From the NCBI RefSeq assembly GCF_006345805.1, contig NC_042997.1:159340001-159404000 (forward strand): a DNA stretch of 64,000 nucleotides, given 5' to 3'. Positions 25,404 through 38,339 of the stretch are shown in pieces; within the stretch, counting starts at the first letter, position 1; every line of letters starts with the position of its first letter. A program made the position numbers and the translations under genes. The DNA comes from Octopus sinensis. Its lineage: Eukaryota. A model generated the notes under the pieces. It was not told where the DNA came from. It searched no databases and saw only the letters and a list, made by a program, of their open reading frames with translations.

Positions 25404-25892
25404 CAAAGGGAGCTGAAAAGTTCCTGGTTTTAAGGGTACTGTGAAAAGCCTGGTTGAAAGCCCAACCTTATGAGTTCTTTTACAGGGCTTAGGAAACTGA
25501 AGGTGAATTTTTTTGGCATCCGTCCATCTCGAGAGACGATGGTGTAGCTCGGAAAAGGTGGTGGGTTTATCTGCACTTCCTGGTGTGGCTGTGCAGACCA
25601 ATCATCGAGTGGCAGTCTCTACCACATCTGGTGTAAGTGAAAGGGGATGAGAGCTGTGGTTGCTGCTGCTGCTCCTTTTGCCTAGTTTTCTTTAGTTTGG
25701 CAGTAGTGGTCCTCAGGTTCTCTGCTGTCATGGCACCATGCTTGACACTGTGTTGCCAGGTTTAGAAAACTGAAGATACCACTGCAATGTGTGTGTGAAT
25801 GTGAGAGGAGAATATGTTGAACAAAATTATAATTAATTGATCTTCCTGTATTTTCTTTTACCTAAAGCCAGGAATTTTTCAACACCACCTTG
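25404..25892 (+). mobile_element. Mariner/Tc1-derived non-autonomous element
   Basis: TA then caaagggagctgaaaagttcctggtttt at the left; aaagccaggaatttttcaacaccaccttg at the right (imperfect TIRs); residual transposase C-terminus CVNVRGEYVE near 25792-25820. Confidence 0.75.
25503..25761 (-). mobile_element. 5'-truncated RTE-like LINE 3' end nested in the mariner element
   Basis: Minus strand TWQHSVKHG..E..K..RQKE..FTYTRCGRDCHSMIGLHSHTRKCR* (C2H2-type C-terminus); 3' hairpin plus A-run; 14-bp TSD ttag(g/a)aaactgaag at 25489-25502 and 25762-25775. Confidence 0.8.
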
Positions 25893-26139
25893 TGGACAGT
25901 GTCTCAAAAGAAAGTTAAAAAGTGAGTTGACTATTTCTAAGGTCTTACATCTTTTGATATCAATCCACTTGAGGCCACATCAAGTTCTATGATACAAACT
26001 TTACATTCAAAATTCTCAAAGTCAAAAACCTTCCATCAAAATTTTATGTTAATTTATGCCCAAATACCAGTTTATTAACAATACTTTATTTCAATGCTAA
26101 ACTAGAGCAGAAAATATATCTATAGATTCTAACAGCTTG

Positions 26140-26565
26140 GAGCGCTAACAGCTCCATCCAAGCGGGATCACTGCCAGAGCAGCTGTCTGGCATGTAAAGA
26201 GCACCATTTGAGCGCGATCGTTGTTAGTGTCACCTCACTGGCACTTGTACCAGTGGCACATGAACAAAACATTTGAGCGAGGTCATTGCCAGTGCTGCTA
26301 GTCTGACTCCTGTGAAGTTGGCACATGAAAAAGACCATTTTCGAGCGTGGCCATTACCAGTACCACCAGACTGGCCCTCGTGCCGGTGGCACGTAAAAGC
26401 ACCCACTACACTCTCAGAGTGGTTGGCGTTAGGAAGGGCATCCAGCTGTAGAAACTCTGCCAGATCAGATTGGAGCCTGGCACAGCCATCTGGTTCGCCA
26501 GTCCTCAGTCAAATTACCCAACCCATGCTAGCATGGAAAGCGGATGTTAAACGATGATGATGATG
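26140..26565 (+). mobile_element. RTE 3' UTR fragment with four hairpin units
   Basis: Same units and terminus as 21804-22362. Confidence 0.85.
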
Positions 26566-27734
26566 ACATAAATAAAGGTATTTACAATATTGACTAATAT
26601 CTATAGATATATTCAGACAAGGAAGTTTATAACATCACTGATGCCCCATCTCAACAAGGTACCATGTGGATGCCTGGGTCTTTCAGTATCTCAGCCTTGC
26701 AATCACTGCTGGGTTTTGGACTACCTCAAAAATTTACCATTCTGTGTTATTTTCCCATCCTGATGTTATTAGGTGATACAGTGTTGGAAACATGAACCAG
26801 CTGTTAATTCAATACTGTACTTGCTTTTAAATAGACACCAAATTATTTTGTTAATCAAAAGCAGTCGTAAACAAAACATGGAAAAATAGAAAAGAATACA
26901 GAGAATATATTTTACATGAAAATAAAGCTGTTATTTCATGAAATAATTAGTATTGATTATTGTCATGGTAAAATAATTACGGTCATGGCCAAAATAATAA
27001 CGGACAGCTGGTTTAGTTTCAATACAATGTTTGTCATAATTATTGTCATCATTAACAGCCTCTACATATATATTTAACTGTACAAGTATTGACTGAACAG
27101 GTCAGTAGTAAATTCACAAGCTTGTTTAACTAGTGCAAATAAGTTTATTTGTCTATGTTGTAGTTTATTCACCACTTAGTGTTGATCAAGGTATTCTAGG
27201 CATAACATCCTTTACTTTTGTAAATCCAGTGTGTCCTGCCTATGTAAAAAATTTTAAATGGCAAGGTGTGATTTGAGGGAGATTTGACAGCCATCTAAGC
27301 AGGTCAAACAAAAACATGGACACTTTCTTGTTGGTTCCTCAAGCTTAGTTCTGTGATCCACTGTTTTATCGACTTGCTTTGAGCAGGCTTCATTCACCAG
27401 ACTGACACAACCGAGATGTTGCTCCAACTGATGTTCCAATCCTCTTATACTGGAAGCCTTTTGACTGAATGCTCTGTTTTCAATCAAAAGAAAGCCAGTG
27501 ACATGAATTTAAATCATGAATGTGAAAAGCTTGAACAGATACTGAAAGGCGTCGCTTCTGACACTAACAATTCCACTAATCAATTTCAAATAAAAAGATG
27601 AAAGACAAAGATGATCTCAGCAGGATTTGGAATCAGAGTCCAGACAGATAGAACAAATACAAGAAATTAATTCTATGCAAAGCTCAAATGACTCAGCCCA
27701 ACACTACCTTTAGTGTTTGAGTGTGTGTGTGTGC

Positions 27735-28571
27735 ATATCAATTACTTCTAGTTTCTCCCCCAGGAGTGTAATGGAATCTGTTTTCTGAGATGCCCCTGTA
27801 CATCTGCCGCACACGAAAGCTATCTTCTCGGTTAATTTTCCTTTGATGTTGCTGCACCTCTTGATGCCTTTTGACTCTAAACCTAGGTTCCACACATGAA
27901 ATTTCCTCTCTAGTGCCGGTAGTGATTCTGCTACGAGGGCTAGGTCATCCCGTCTTGAATTCCTCTGTTATTGCCTGGAGGACTATGATGAATAGAAGGA
28001 GACTGGGGGCTGAGCCTTCGTGGACGCCAACTTCTACCTGGAATTTTTCACTGTACTCATTGCCAATCCTAACCTTACTAACAGCCTCTCTGTAAAGGGC
28101 TTGTACAGCCCTTATTAACTATTCGTCAATCTCCAGTTTCTGCATCGCCCACAAGATAAGGGATCAAGGGACCCTGTCAAAGGCTTTCTCCAAGTCCACA
28201 AAAGCTAAGTATAGGGGTTTATCTTTGGCTAGGTATTTCTCCTGCAGTTGTCAAACTAGAAATATGGCATCAGTTGTGCTTCTACCTGGCACAAAACTGA
28301 ACTGCATCTCATCTAAGCAGACACTCTCTCTGATGAGATGGGCTATGACCCTCTCCGTGACCTTCATTACCTGATCCAGCAGTTTGATACCCCTGTAGTT
28401 ATTTCTATCTAGAGCATCACCTTTACCCTTGCAGCAGTTGACTATGGTGCTGCTATACCAGTCGTTGGGTATGACTCCATCATGAACTACCTGGTTTACA
28501 ATGCAGGTGACTAAGCCATAGCCCACACCACTAGATGTTTTAAGCATCTCAGCAGTGATTCCTGATGGCTG
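27735..28571 (-). pseudogene. RTE LINE reverse transcriptase fragment
   Basis: MLK..GVIPNDW..TIVNCCKGKGDALDRNNYRGIKLL..MQFSFVPGRSTTDAIF..QEKYL..AFVDLEKAFDRVP..; stops and deletions; bounded by microsatellites. Confidence 0.92.
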
Positions 28572-28729
28572 ATTATATATATATATATATATATATACTC
28601 ACACACAAATATATACATACACACACATATATACACATAAGAATCAGCTACCAATAGGTACAGTATATTATTCTTATTAAAGAGGGCATAAGAAGAATAT
28701 TATCCTTATATGTATCCTATATATATCAT

Positions 28730-28767
<38 letters not shown>

Positions 28768-28770
<3 letters not shown>

Positions 28771-29210
28771 TAAACATCCACTTTTCCATGATTGCATTGA
28801 TTCATCAAAGTTTATTGAAGCAGATTTTCTACAGTCATAAGCCCTTCCTGTCACCAACCCTTACCTGTTTCCAAGCAAAGTAACATCTTCCCATATCCTC
28901 ATGGCCAAACATGCTTTCATGGAAACTGGAAATGAATGACATTGCATGTATGACAATGACAATCATTTTACAACTATCATGTGATTTAAAGACAAGGAGG
29001 CAGAAGCACAAACACTCATAAACACACACACATGCTCATGTATATGATGGACTTGTTTCAATTTCTGCCAACTAAATCCAGTCAAGCCTTGGTCAGCTCA
29101 GGGCTATAATAAAAAAAAAAACATCTGCCCAAGGTGTCAAGTAGTGGGACCAAACCCCAAAATCATGTGGCTGGGAAGCAAACTTCTCAACTACACATCC
29201 AAGCCTGCAC
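28768..29210 (-). mobile_element. SINE family E (family A head, distinct body, RTE-like tail)
   Basis: Head as in family A; body ...GGAAACAGGTAAGGGTTGGTGACAGGAAGGGC...; tail CATGGAAAAGTGGATGTT resembles the RTE terminus. Confidence 0.65.
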
Positions 29211-29563
29211 CTATCATCATCATCATCATTTAATATCCGTTTTACATGCTGGCATGGGGGTTGGACGGTTGGAAAGTGAGAAGGCTTCACATCTGATCTG
29301 GCAAAGTTTCAACAAATGGATGCCCTTCCTAATGCCATATATATATATACACACACATCATCATCATCATCATCATCATTTAGCGTCCGTTTTCCATGCT
29401 AGCATGGGTTGGACGGTTCTACTGGGGTCTGTGAAGCCAGAAGGCTTCATCAGGCCCAGTCAAATCTGGCAGTGTTTCTACGGCTGGATGCCCTTCCTAA
29501 CGCCAACCACTCCGTGAGTGTAGTGGGTGCTTTTTACGTGCCACCCGCACTATATATATATAT

Positions 29564-29852
29564 AATTTAAAGAAACCAGTAAATGGAGAACTATTGATGA
29601 ACAACAATTGACTTACATCAATTATTATTTATTAATTCAATACAAATAGAGTGCATCCCATCTAACAGCTGTTTCTGCTTACAATGTTGTAGGGTATTGT
29701 CACTGATATGATAAAAATATTTATCATAAAACATTGGAAGCAGAAACAGCTGTTAGATGGGATGCAGTCTATTTATATTGAATTAAATAAATAATAATTG
29801 AAATCAATTGTTGTTCATCAGTATTTCTCCATTTTCTGTTGTTTGTTAAATT
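29564..29852. repeat. Imperfect fold-back (~120-bp arms), possibly a Penelope pLTR remnant
   Basis: 29564-29688 is complementary to 29730-29852 (e.g. tgcatcccatctaacagctgtttctgctt / aagcagaaacagctgttagatgggatgca). Confidence 0.85.
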
Positions 29853-30013
29853 TTGATTCTTGGTAAACTCATGTTTATCCTTGTCTTTGCCTATAATTTA
29901 TGAGCATAATATGTTTGTATGTATGTATGCACATGGTTAAACATAGGTAATATATCGGTAGTGTAATGGATACTTCTATCCCTTAAAGGGTTATTTTAAC
30001 CTCTAACTCAGGT

Positions 30014-30060
<47 letters not shown>

Positions 30061-30069
30061 TATAAAGAC

Positions 30070-30500
30070 AGTACCATATGAGTGTGATCGTTGCCAGAGC
30101 AACAAACTGGCCTCCGTGCCGGTAGCACGTAAAATGCACCATTCGAGCGTGATCATTACCTGCAACACCTTACTGGCACTTGTGCTGGTGGCACATGCAA
30201 AAAACATTCAAGCGAGGTCATTGCCAGTGCTGCTGGACTGGCTCCTGTGCAGGTGGCACATAAAAAGCACCATTTGAGCATGCCCATTGCCAGTACCGCT
30301 TGACTGGCCCTATTGCTAGTGGCACGTAAAAGCACCCACTACACTCTCGGAGTGGTTGGCGTTAAGAAGGGCATCAAGCTGTAGAAACTCTGCTAGATCA
30401 GATTGGAGTCTGGTGCAGCCATCTAGTTCACCAGATCTCAGTCAAATCGTCCAACCCATGCTAGCATGGAAAGCAGACGTTAAACAATGATGATGATGAT
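30070..30500 (+). mobile_element. RTE 3' UTR fragment with four hairpin units
   Basis: Units GCCAG-loop-CTGGC..GTGCCGGTRGCAC..AAAA.GCACC; common terminus and (GAT)n. Confidence 0.87.
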
Positions 30501-31587
30501 TATCCCTCTCTCTCTTTTGGAAAGGCACTGAACAGCTATACGCACACATACACACACGGCAGTAACTTCTGCCTACCGAATTCAATCACAAAGCTCCGGT
30601 CGGCTCGGAGCTATAGTAGAAGACACCTGCCCAAAGTGCCACGCAGTGGGACTGAACCCGAAACCATGCAGCTAGGAAGCAAGCTCCCTAACCACACAGC
30701 CATGCCATATTTCTCAGATGATGGAATGGCATATACAAGCAGCCGTTTCATTTTCCACACGTACACAACCACATTTTGTGTTTTTACATAAAATATCCAT
30801 AATATTTTCTTTGCAACTCCATACGATATTTTCAAATATGTGTTAAACTGTGTAATCTGAATGCCAGTAAAACACAAATATTTATTCAAAGATAGATTTT
30901 TTTTTTTGAAAATATATATTTCATATTATGTATATTTAATATATCCAAAGATAGTTTGAATAAGAAAATATCAAGAGCTAGTAAGTTCTTAGGTGTCATC
31001 ATATCTTAGAAAATCTCTGTTCTTTCATGATTAAGATCACTTTCTTGATTACATTCAATATATTTGGCACTGTTTATCGAAGAATCTGCTGCTATTGGCA
31101 TTTCTCATAAAGTGGAAGAAATTGAAAGAATATTACATATTCATCTGCTGTTTGATGAAAATGCAAGTGATGGGTAGGATGCAGCATCAAAAGATCTACA
31201 ACAGTAACAAGTTCACGCATGAGTAGTGATGCTAGTGATTTCATGCAACAGTAGGTATGATCACTACATTATTCACATTTGAGCACAAACACATATAAAG
31301 GAAGGTTACATTAGATACTGTAGTGGTGGATGCACCATGACTGAATATAGCAATAGGATGGTTACTGTGGGAATGCCACTGATAATAGGTCTGCTTGATC
31401 AGGACTGATCTGGGGGTAAGCAACCACATTTCATAATGTAGGTAACAGAAACTATTAATTATGTCTAGTAAACTAGCAGAGCAATTCATGGAGTTCATTA
31501 CGTAACTCCTCCTGCAACAAATGCTACCACTGTGCCAATATCAGATCTGAAGTCTTGATTCACTATTAGTTTAATATAGCATTGCTT

Positions 31588-32002
31588 AAGGCATGGCTGT
31601 GTGATATGAAATTTGCTCCCTAACCACATTGTTTTGGGTGGCACCTTGGGCCAGTATCTTCTATAGCTCCAGGCCAACTAAAGCCTTATGAATGGATTTG
31701 GTAGACAGAAACTGAAAGGCAAACTAGCAGAAACGTTAGCATGCTGGGCAAAATGCTTAGTGGTATTTTGTCTGCTGTTACGTTCTGAGTTCAAATTCCG
31801 CAGAGGTTGACTTTGTCTTTCATCCTTTCGGGGTCGATAAATTAAGTACCAGTCATGCACTGGGGTCAATGTAATTGACTTAATCCCTTTGTCTGTCCTT
31901 GTTTGTCCTCTCTATTTTTAGCCCCTTGTAGGCAATAAAGAAAAAGAAACTAAAAGAAGACTGTCATACACATTATATATAGCTAATAAGCACATACATA
32001 TA

Positions 32003-32088
<86 letters not shown>

Positions 32089-32558
32089 TAGTGCAAATGC
32101 TTTACTGTTTCCTTGCTTTGCCTTCATGTGATAGTTGTAAAGCAAATATCACCATTATGCAAGTGATGTCCTTCACTTCCAATCTTGCAAAACATATCTG
32201 GTCATGGGGAATATTACCTAACTTGGAAACAGGTGAGAGTTGGTGACAAGAAGGTCATCTGGCTGTAAAAAATCTATCTCAACAAATTCCATCTGACCCA
32301 TTAATCCTTTCGTTACTGTATTTATTTTGAGATGCTCTGTGTTTCTTCCAATTACTTTAAATATAACAAAGAATTTAGTAAAATAACTTAGTTATCATTA
32401 AGCTAGTGTTAGGAACATAAATTGTGACTAAAGTTTGGAAGATTTTAATTCAAAACTTATGAAAACAAGACATTTGTACTCAGAACCAGAGCCGGTTTCA
32501 GTTGGGTTGGTAACGAAAGGGTTAACGCATGGAAAAGTGGATGTCAAATGATGATGAA
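31588..32558 (+). mobile_element. SINE family E carrying a nested family B SINE (31718-31945) and a piggyBac-like MITE (32301-32525)
   Basis: Head, (TG)n(AG)n, E body and RTE-like tail are collinear around the two insertions. Confidence 0.7.
32301..32525. mobile_element. piggyBac-like MITE, family 2
   Basis: TTAA-tcctttcgttac ... gtaacgaaaggg-TTAA; reverse copy at 63265-63493; diverged relative at 58487-58722. Confidence 0.82.
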
Positions 32559-33499
32559 GCTACTTGCATCAAGTAAATGACATTGGTTTCTTTCATACTC
32601 CCTTCCTATATTTTGAGGTCACTCTCCAGATTGGACCGGAATTTTATGTTCTCCCTTGTTAGCAAACACATGAGTCTTACCCATGTTGATCATAGTGTAA
32701 GGATGATACATGATAAACATCAGATGTTTGAAGCCATGGAATAGTGCTAAATGTAAATTTAATTTTAAAATCAGGATTTAAATTCTTTAACGTTTTATCT
32801 CACCATGATCACAAAATTTTGTTTTAATGCGGTAAACTATCAAGGTTTCTATCAATGATCAGCTTCTGCATAAGATAGGTAGTGCCTGCCAGACTAAAAC
32901 TATAAATATGAATTATTAAATATATAAAAATAGATGATTTCCAATTCATTAAAACCTTCTAATTAAATGCATGGAATTCAGTGAATAATTCAATAAAGAG
33001 CCAATACTTTGATGTTAGACAGACATTATTTCTGCTGCTTTTCAACTTCTATATATGTGTTACAATCAACCATATTAAACCCATGTTGTGTAAGTTCAGC
33101 TCCAGAAGGCATTACATACAGAATCATAGAAGCAGAATAATTTCTGATTTTGCTTTGTATCTAATGTGTACATGTGCATTTATATTGCATATTTGTTTAC
33201 ATTTTGTGCATGTGTTTGCCCTTGGTGATTGAGCTCATTCTATTCTATGTGTTTGTATAAAAAGTAGTAATGAAAATACAAATGTGTACGTGTATGCTGG
33301 CACACATCCATGTGTATGTATGTGCATATTCTTATTGCTATGTATAGCTATCTGCATCATTTGTTCTTTTCTTTAGGTTTAATTGATATATATTAAAATG
33401 GGAAAACCTGATGAAGCATTTTATTTGTCAAATGATTGTTACTAAAAATATACAAAAAATAATCGCACATGAGGAAGTGAATATTCAACATTTTGGCAC

Positions 33500-33862
33500 C
33501 ACCAACATGCTGCAACAATTAACTAGCATTCTGCTATCACTAACATACCATTATCACTACACTAACATGCTACAACCATTAAGTAATACACTACTATCAT
33601 AAACAAACTACCACCACAAACTAAAATACTATTAATACTTAAGATGCTATAATTACTAACTAATCATCACTAATACACTACAAAATCTACCATTCTAACA
33701 CACTGCCACTACAAATGCACAACAACTACTAACATACTACCAGCATTAATATATTACAAACAGGTGATACCACTACTAACACACGGCAACCAGTACAACA
33801 TACTATTATCACTTACATACTATCTGCATCAACTAATACACTACAACAGTTAAATTAATACT
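33500..33862. repeat. Degenerate A/C-rich minisatellite (actaa-cac-tac motifs)
   Basis: Recurrent actaatacactac/accact motifs; resumes at 34255-34410 after a SINE insertion. Confidence 0.6.
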
Positions 33863-33864
33863 AA

Positions 33865-34255
33865 AGGTAAAGACTCCCTTTGGTCATGAATGACCATGGA
33901 ATTGTACCTAGAAAGTTACCTTCCTAGATGAAAATCCAGGTAAGGTTGTTACGAGGTCGACTTTGCCTTTCATCCATTCAGGGTCGATAAATTAAGTATC
34001 TAATCGACTGGCCTCCTCCTCCAAAATTCCAGGCCTTGTGCCTAGAGTAGAAAAGACCAGCTGCCCATGCATACCAGACTTTCCTCTCCACACCACTAAT
34101 GTTATGCAAGGGAACAGCAAAGGCTAATACAGCTTGGCACCAGTGATGTCACAGCTCATTTCTACAGCTGAGTGAACTGGAGCAACAGGAAATAAAGATC
34201 ACAACACACAGCCCAGTCTGGGAATTGAACTCACTACCTCATGATTGAGAGCCTT
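33865..34255 (-). mobile_element. SINE family C with a nested family B fragment
   Basis: Reverse complement of the 58951-59281 type; B-domain insert at 33950-34055. Confidence 0.72.
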
Positions 34256-34904
34256 CACTAACTAATACTATAGAACTGCTAATTAACATGCTGATCTGTA
34301 TAACCATTCTACCACCTCTGACTAATACACTACAACCACTAATATATATTCTTCACCCACTAGCCTACTGAAGCAGTTTCTCTTGGTATATTCTATAACT
34401 ACTACAATAATCACCAACCATTTGAACTAAGAAGCTGTGGTCCATCACCAGATACAAACTCTCTCTTCCTCTTGTCATCCATACTATGTCTAACAGTGCC
34501 AACCACCAGGAAATACTTTTCTCAATCATTCCTTCTCAGAGCTGCAACCCCATGAAAAATCTTTCCCCTGTTCATATTGTTAACTAACTTCATATTAGAT
34601 CAGGTCAAGTAGACATATAATCAGAGGTATTCCACTCATGAACATAAACTGCTTTGATAAAAGGTGGTGCCTAAGTAGGAGGAGTGATATGAAAGAGATT
34701 TGGTTGCTATTTCACCAAGCTTAAAAATTGGCGGAGGCGTGGCTGTATGATAATAAGCTTGCTTCCCAACCACGTTTCCAGGTTCAGTATTACTGAGTGG
34801 CACCTCAGGCAAGTGCTTTCTACTCAGAATGACCAAAGCCTTGTGAGTAGATTTGGTAGATGGAAACTGAAAGGAGTCTATCGTGTGTATGTATATATAC
34901 ATGC

Positions 34905-35094
34905 TGTATACCATGATAGATCGTTAGCCACTACACACATTTTTTTCTCTCGTTTTTTTCTGTGTTCCTTTCTGTAGAAGAGCGTAGGCACGAAACGTAA
35001 AATACTTTTTCTATTCATGAGCGTTATACTAATACATCTGTTTGTCTTGTACACCACCTGTCTTCGTCTTATGTTTTTTTTTGTAAACTCTCCC

Positions 35095-35095
<1 letters not shown>
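34905..35095 (+). mobile_element. Penelope-like pLTR fragment with minimal hammerhead-like motif, inserted in a SINE (TA)n
   Basis: cttt-CTGTAGA-A-gagc-gtag-gcac-GAAAC-GTA-aaa at 34968-35002; its 3' part resembles 23360-23425. Confidence 0.5.
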
Positions 35096-35130
<35 letters not shown>

Positions 35131-37576
35131 ATACATACATACACGTGTGTGTATATATATCTGTGTGCATGTGTCTGTGTCTGTTTGTCCTCCACCACCA
35201 CTTGACAACTAGTGTTGATGTGTATACATCCCTGTAACTTAACAGTTCAGCAAATGAGGCCAACAGGATAAGTACCAGGCTTAAAAAATGTACTAGTGTT
35301 GATTAATTTGACTAAAAGCTCTTTAAGGTGGTGCCCCAGCATGACCACAGTCTAATGAGTGAAACAAGTAAAAGGCAAAAGATAACTACACAGCAGTTCT
35401 CATTATTGCCTTGTTCCAGATCAGGTTTTATCCACAGCCATCAACTGACAGAAGTACAAGGTGAACTTATATCAATCTCCCCTATTAGGGAGGACTTTGA
35501 AACTTTCATCTCCAATCATATAATTCCAATAATTTTTAAAAAATACACAATCATCATTTTTATGTCCACCTTTGAAAGCTAGCATGAGTTGGACTGTGAG
35601 GTGGTGTTTTTATAGCTACATATTCTTCCTGACACCAACTTTTTTAATCACCTTTTATGATACAAGGAAATTGTGTACTTATTCTAAACACTTAGAATCA
35701 ATAATTTTTTTTTAAATTAGAGTTATAGCTTCCTGTCTTAAACATCCTGTTACCATTTGGATGATTGCTGTATTGGAAGACAGCACCTGAGCAGCTTAGA
35801 TGACAAGTTTCAAGTTTGTAATTTTAGAGTCAGAAAAGTTCATATCAAATTGTTAGAAAAAAAAACAGGCAAAAAAAGAAAATAAAATAGCATGCTCTTG
35901 TATATTTATTTATTATTCTTTTACTAAATTAATTGTTCAATATTCATACTTGTGGCTATATACAAACGTAAGTTGGTTTAGATGTCTAACAGATTCCATA
36001 ACAAAGCAAGAAAGGTCCACAAACTAACAGCCTCTTTCCAGTGAAATAGAGAATTAATCAAGTACAATTTACCACTTTATGCTTTGGCTTCAGAAATTTA
36101 AATATAAAATAAACCAAAAAAAAAAAAGAATAATAAAGGATAAAAGAAAAATGTAAAAATAAAGCCTAACAAAAAAGATGGGGGGAAAAAACACTAAAAT
36201 GTTTTTTAGATCTATTTTTATTGTTATTTACCAGTTAATATAAATTTTTATGTTATTTCTTTTCTTTGTTAAATAAAGAAGAAAAATAAAATAAAATAAA
36301 ATTTTACAGAGCTTTTGTGAAGGAGATAAGCAGTGGTATACAATTAGATGAAGTTGATTGCAAATAAAAGATGTAGCTGAATAGGAGAAGAGCATTATAT
36401 TCAATGAAGACAATAGCTAGCTGTATCATTGCAAAAACTTGTGTTGAAATCAGGGAGAGAGAGAGAGAGAAGAAGGAGAGGGAGAGAGAAAGAGAGAGAA
36501 AGAAGGAAAGAGAGAGGGAGAGAGGGACATGGGGGTGAAAAAGAGAAGAAAAAAAAAGGGAAAGAAACATGCCACATTTCAAAAGACATTGAAGAATTTG
36601 ATGCTGAATAAATTTCAAAGGGAGTCTATTGTGTTCAGGACTGAAAACAATTTATTGTGGGGAGAAATGAAAGCAGAGTTAAGTTTGAAAACAGAAGTCA
36701 ATATGACATAGCGACTTGATGTTGCCTCTTAGGATTCTTAAGACAGACAAGCATTGTTACAAATATAGGTGGGGCAAATACAGGGGGTAGTGTTACCTTA
36801 TATAACAACAATGATAGTAAAAACTATGTTTATAATCTTACAGTAGATTCATTCTTTTTTTTTTTTTTTTTTTCATTTGAAAACCTTGTTCCATTTTGAA
36901 AAACTGTTAGTAACTACAAACTATTGTTACCTTTTCACAATTTAATTTACCTTACTTTTTGTGTGTGAGCGTTGTATTTTTATTGAATTTTCTCAATTTT
37001 CTTTTTAATCTGTAACAGGTTGCATGCAGAGGCTGCTGTGCAACAGATTGTCATCCCCTACTAAACAAATTCCATATCAGCATCCATCCAGTGGCAGATA
37101 AGATACCTTCCTTGACAATGTAAGATTCTGCAACTAAATCACACAAACACACACACACATATATATATATATATATTATATATATATATACACACACACA
37201 TGCACACACATACGTGTGCACACAAACATATACACATTTACACAATCTCTCACATACACACACACACAAGCTACTGGAAGATGAAAGATCACTTAATATG
37301 ATGAAAGTTCCAAGAATGATTACCTGGTGCGTATGACAAGAAGTATCATAAAAGAGTTAGGGCATGGAGAACAATTAGATTATATGAGATAACCTACTGC
37401 ACTCCACTGACTAATTATGTGGTTGGGGGTAAGGTTCCAGCAAGACATGGGATGATTGGAAGAAAGACATGAACAAGAAACAATATCAGGTAAAAAGAAA
37501 GCTAGAATGGCAGGTATATGTAGCAAGGAGAAAAGCTAAAAGTAAGAGGTTTGTTAATGTTTTGCAAAAAGACGAC

Positions 37577-38206
37577 CAGGAGTGGCTGTGTGGTAAGTAG
37601 CTTGCTTACCAACCACATGGTTCTGGGTTCATTCCCATTGCATGGCACCTTGGGCAAGTGTCTTCTTCTATAGCCTCAGGCCGACCAAAGCTTTGTGAGT
37701 GAATTTGGTAGACGGAAGCTGAAAGAAGCCTGTTGTATATATGTATATATCTATATGTATCTATGTGTATATGTTTGTGTGTCTGTGTTTGTCCCACAGC
37801 ATCATTTGACAACCGATGGCGGCGAGCTGGCAGAAACATTAGCACGCCAGGCGAAATGCGTAGCCGTATTTCGTCTGGCGTTACGTTCTGAGTTCAGATT
37901 CCACCGAGGTCGACTTTGCCTTTCATCCTTTCGGGGTCAATGAAATAAGTACCAGTTACACACTGGGGTCGATATAATCGACTTAATCCGTTTGCTGATC
38001 CTTGTTTGTCCCCTCTGTGTTTAGCCCCTTGTGGGTAGTAAAGAAATAGGTGGTGTGTTTACGTCCCTGTAACTTAGTGGTTCGGCAAAAGAGACCAATA
38101 GAATAAGTACTAGGCTTTCAAAGAATAAGTCCTGAAGTCGATTTGCTTGACTAAAGGCGGTGCCCCAGCATGGCCGCAGTCAAATGACTGAAACAAGTAA
38201 AAGTAA
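37577..38206 (+). mobile_element. SINE family A with nested full-length family B SINE (37818-38048)
   Basis: The A body is split at ...gacaaccgat|...ggtgtgtttacg by GGCGGCGAGCTGGCAGAAAC...GTAAAGAAATA. Confidence 0.88.
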
Positions 38207-38339
38207 GTAAGTAGTGGTGTGAAATGCCCCAGCAAAATAATACATCTGTGTGAATCAAGACATTGTTGGAAATGAAATATGAGTAGCACACTTGCACTAA
38301 TAGATACTGCAGAGAGAGAAACAAGTTGCTACAATGTTA

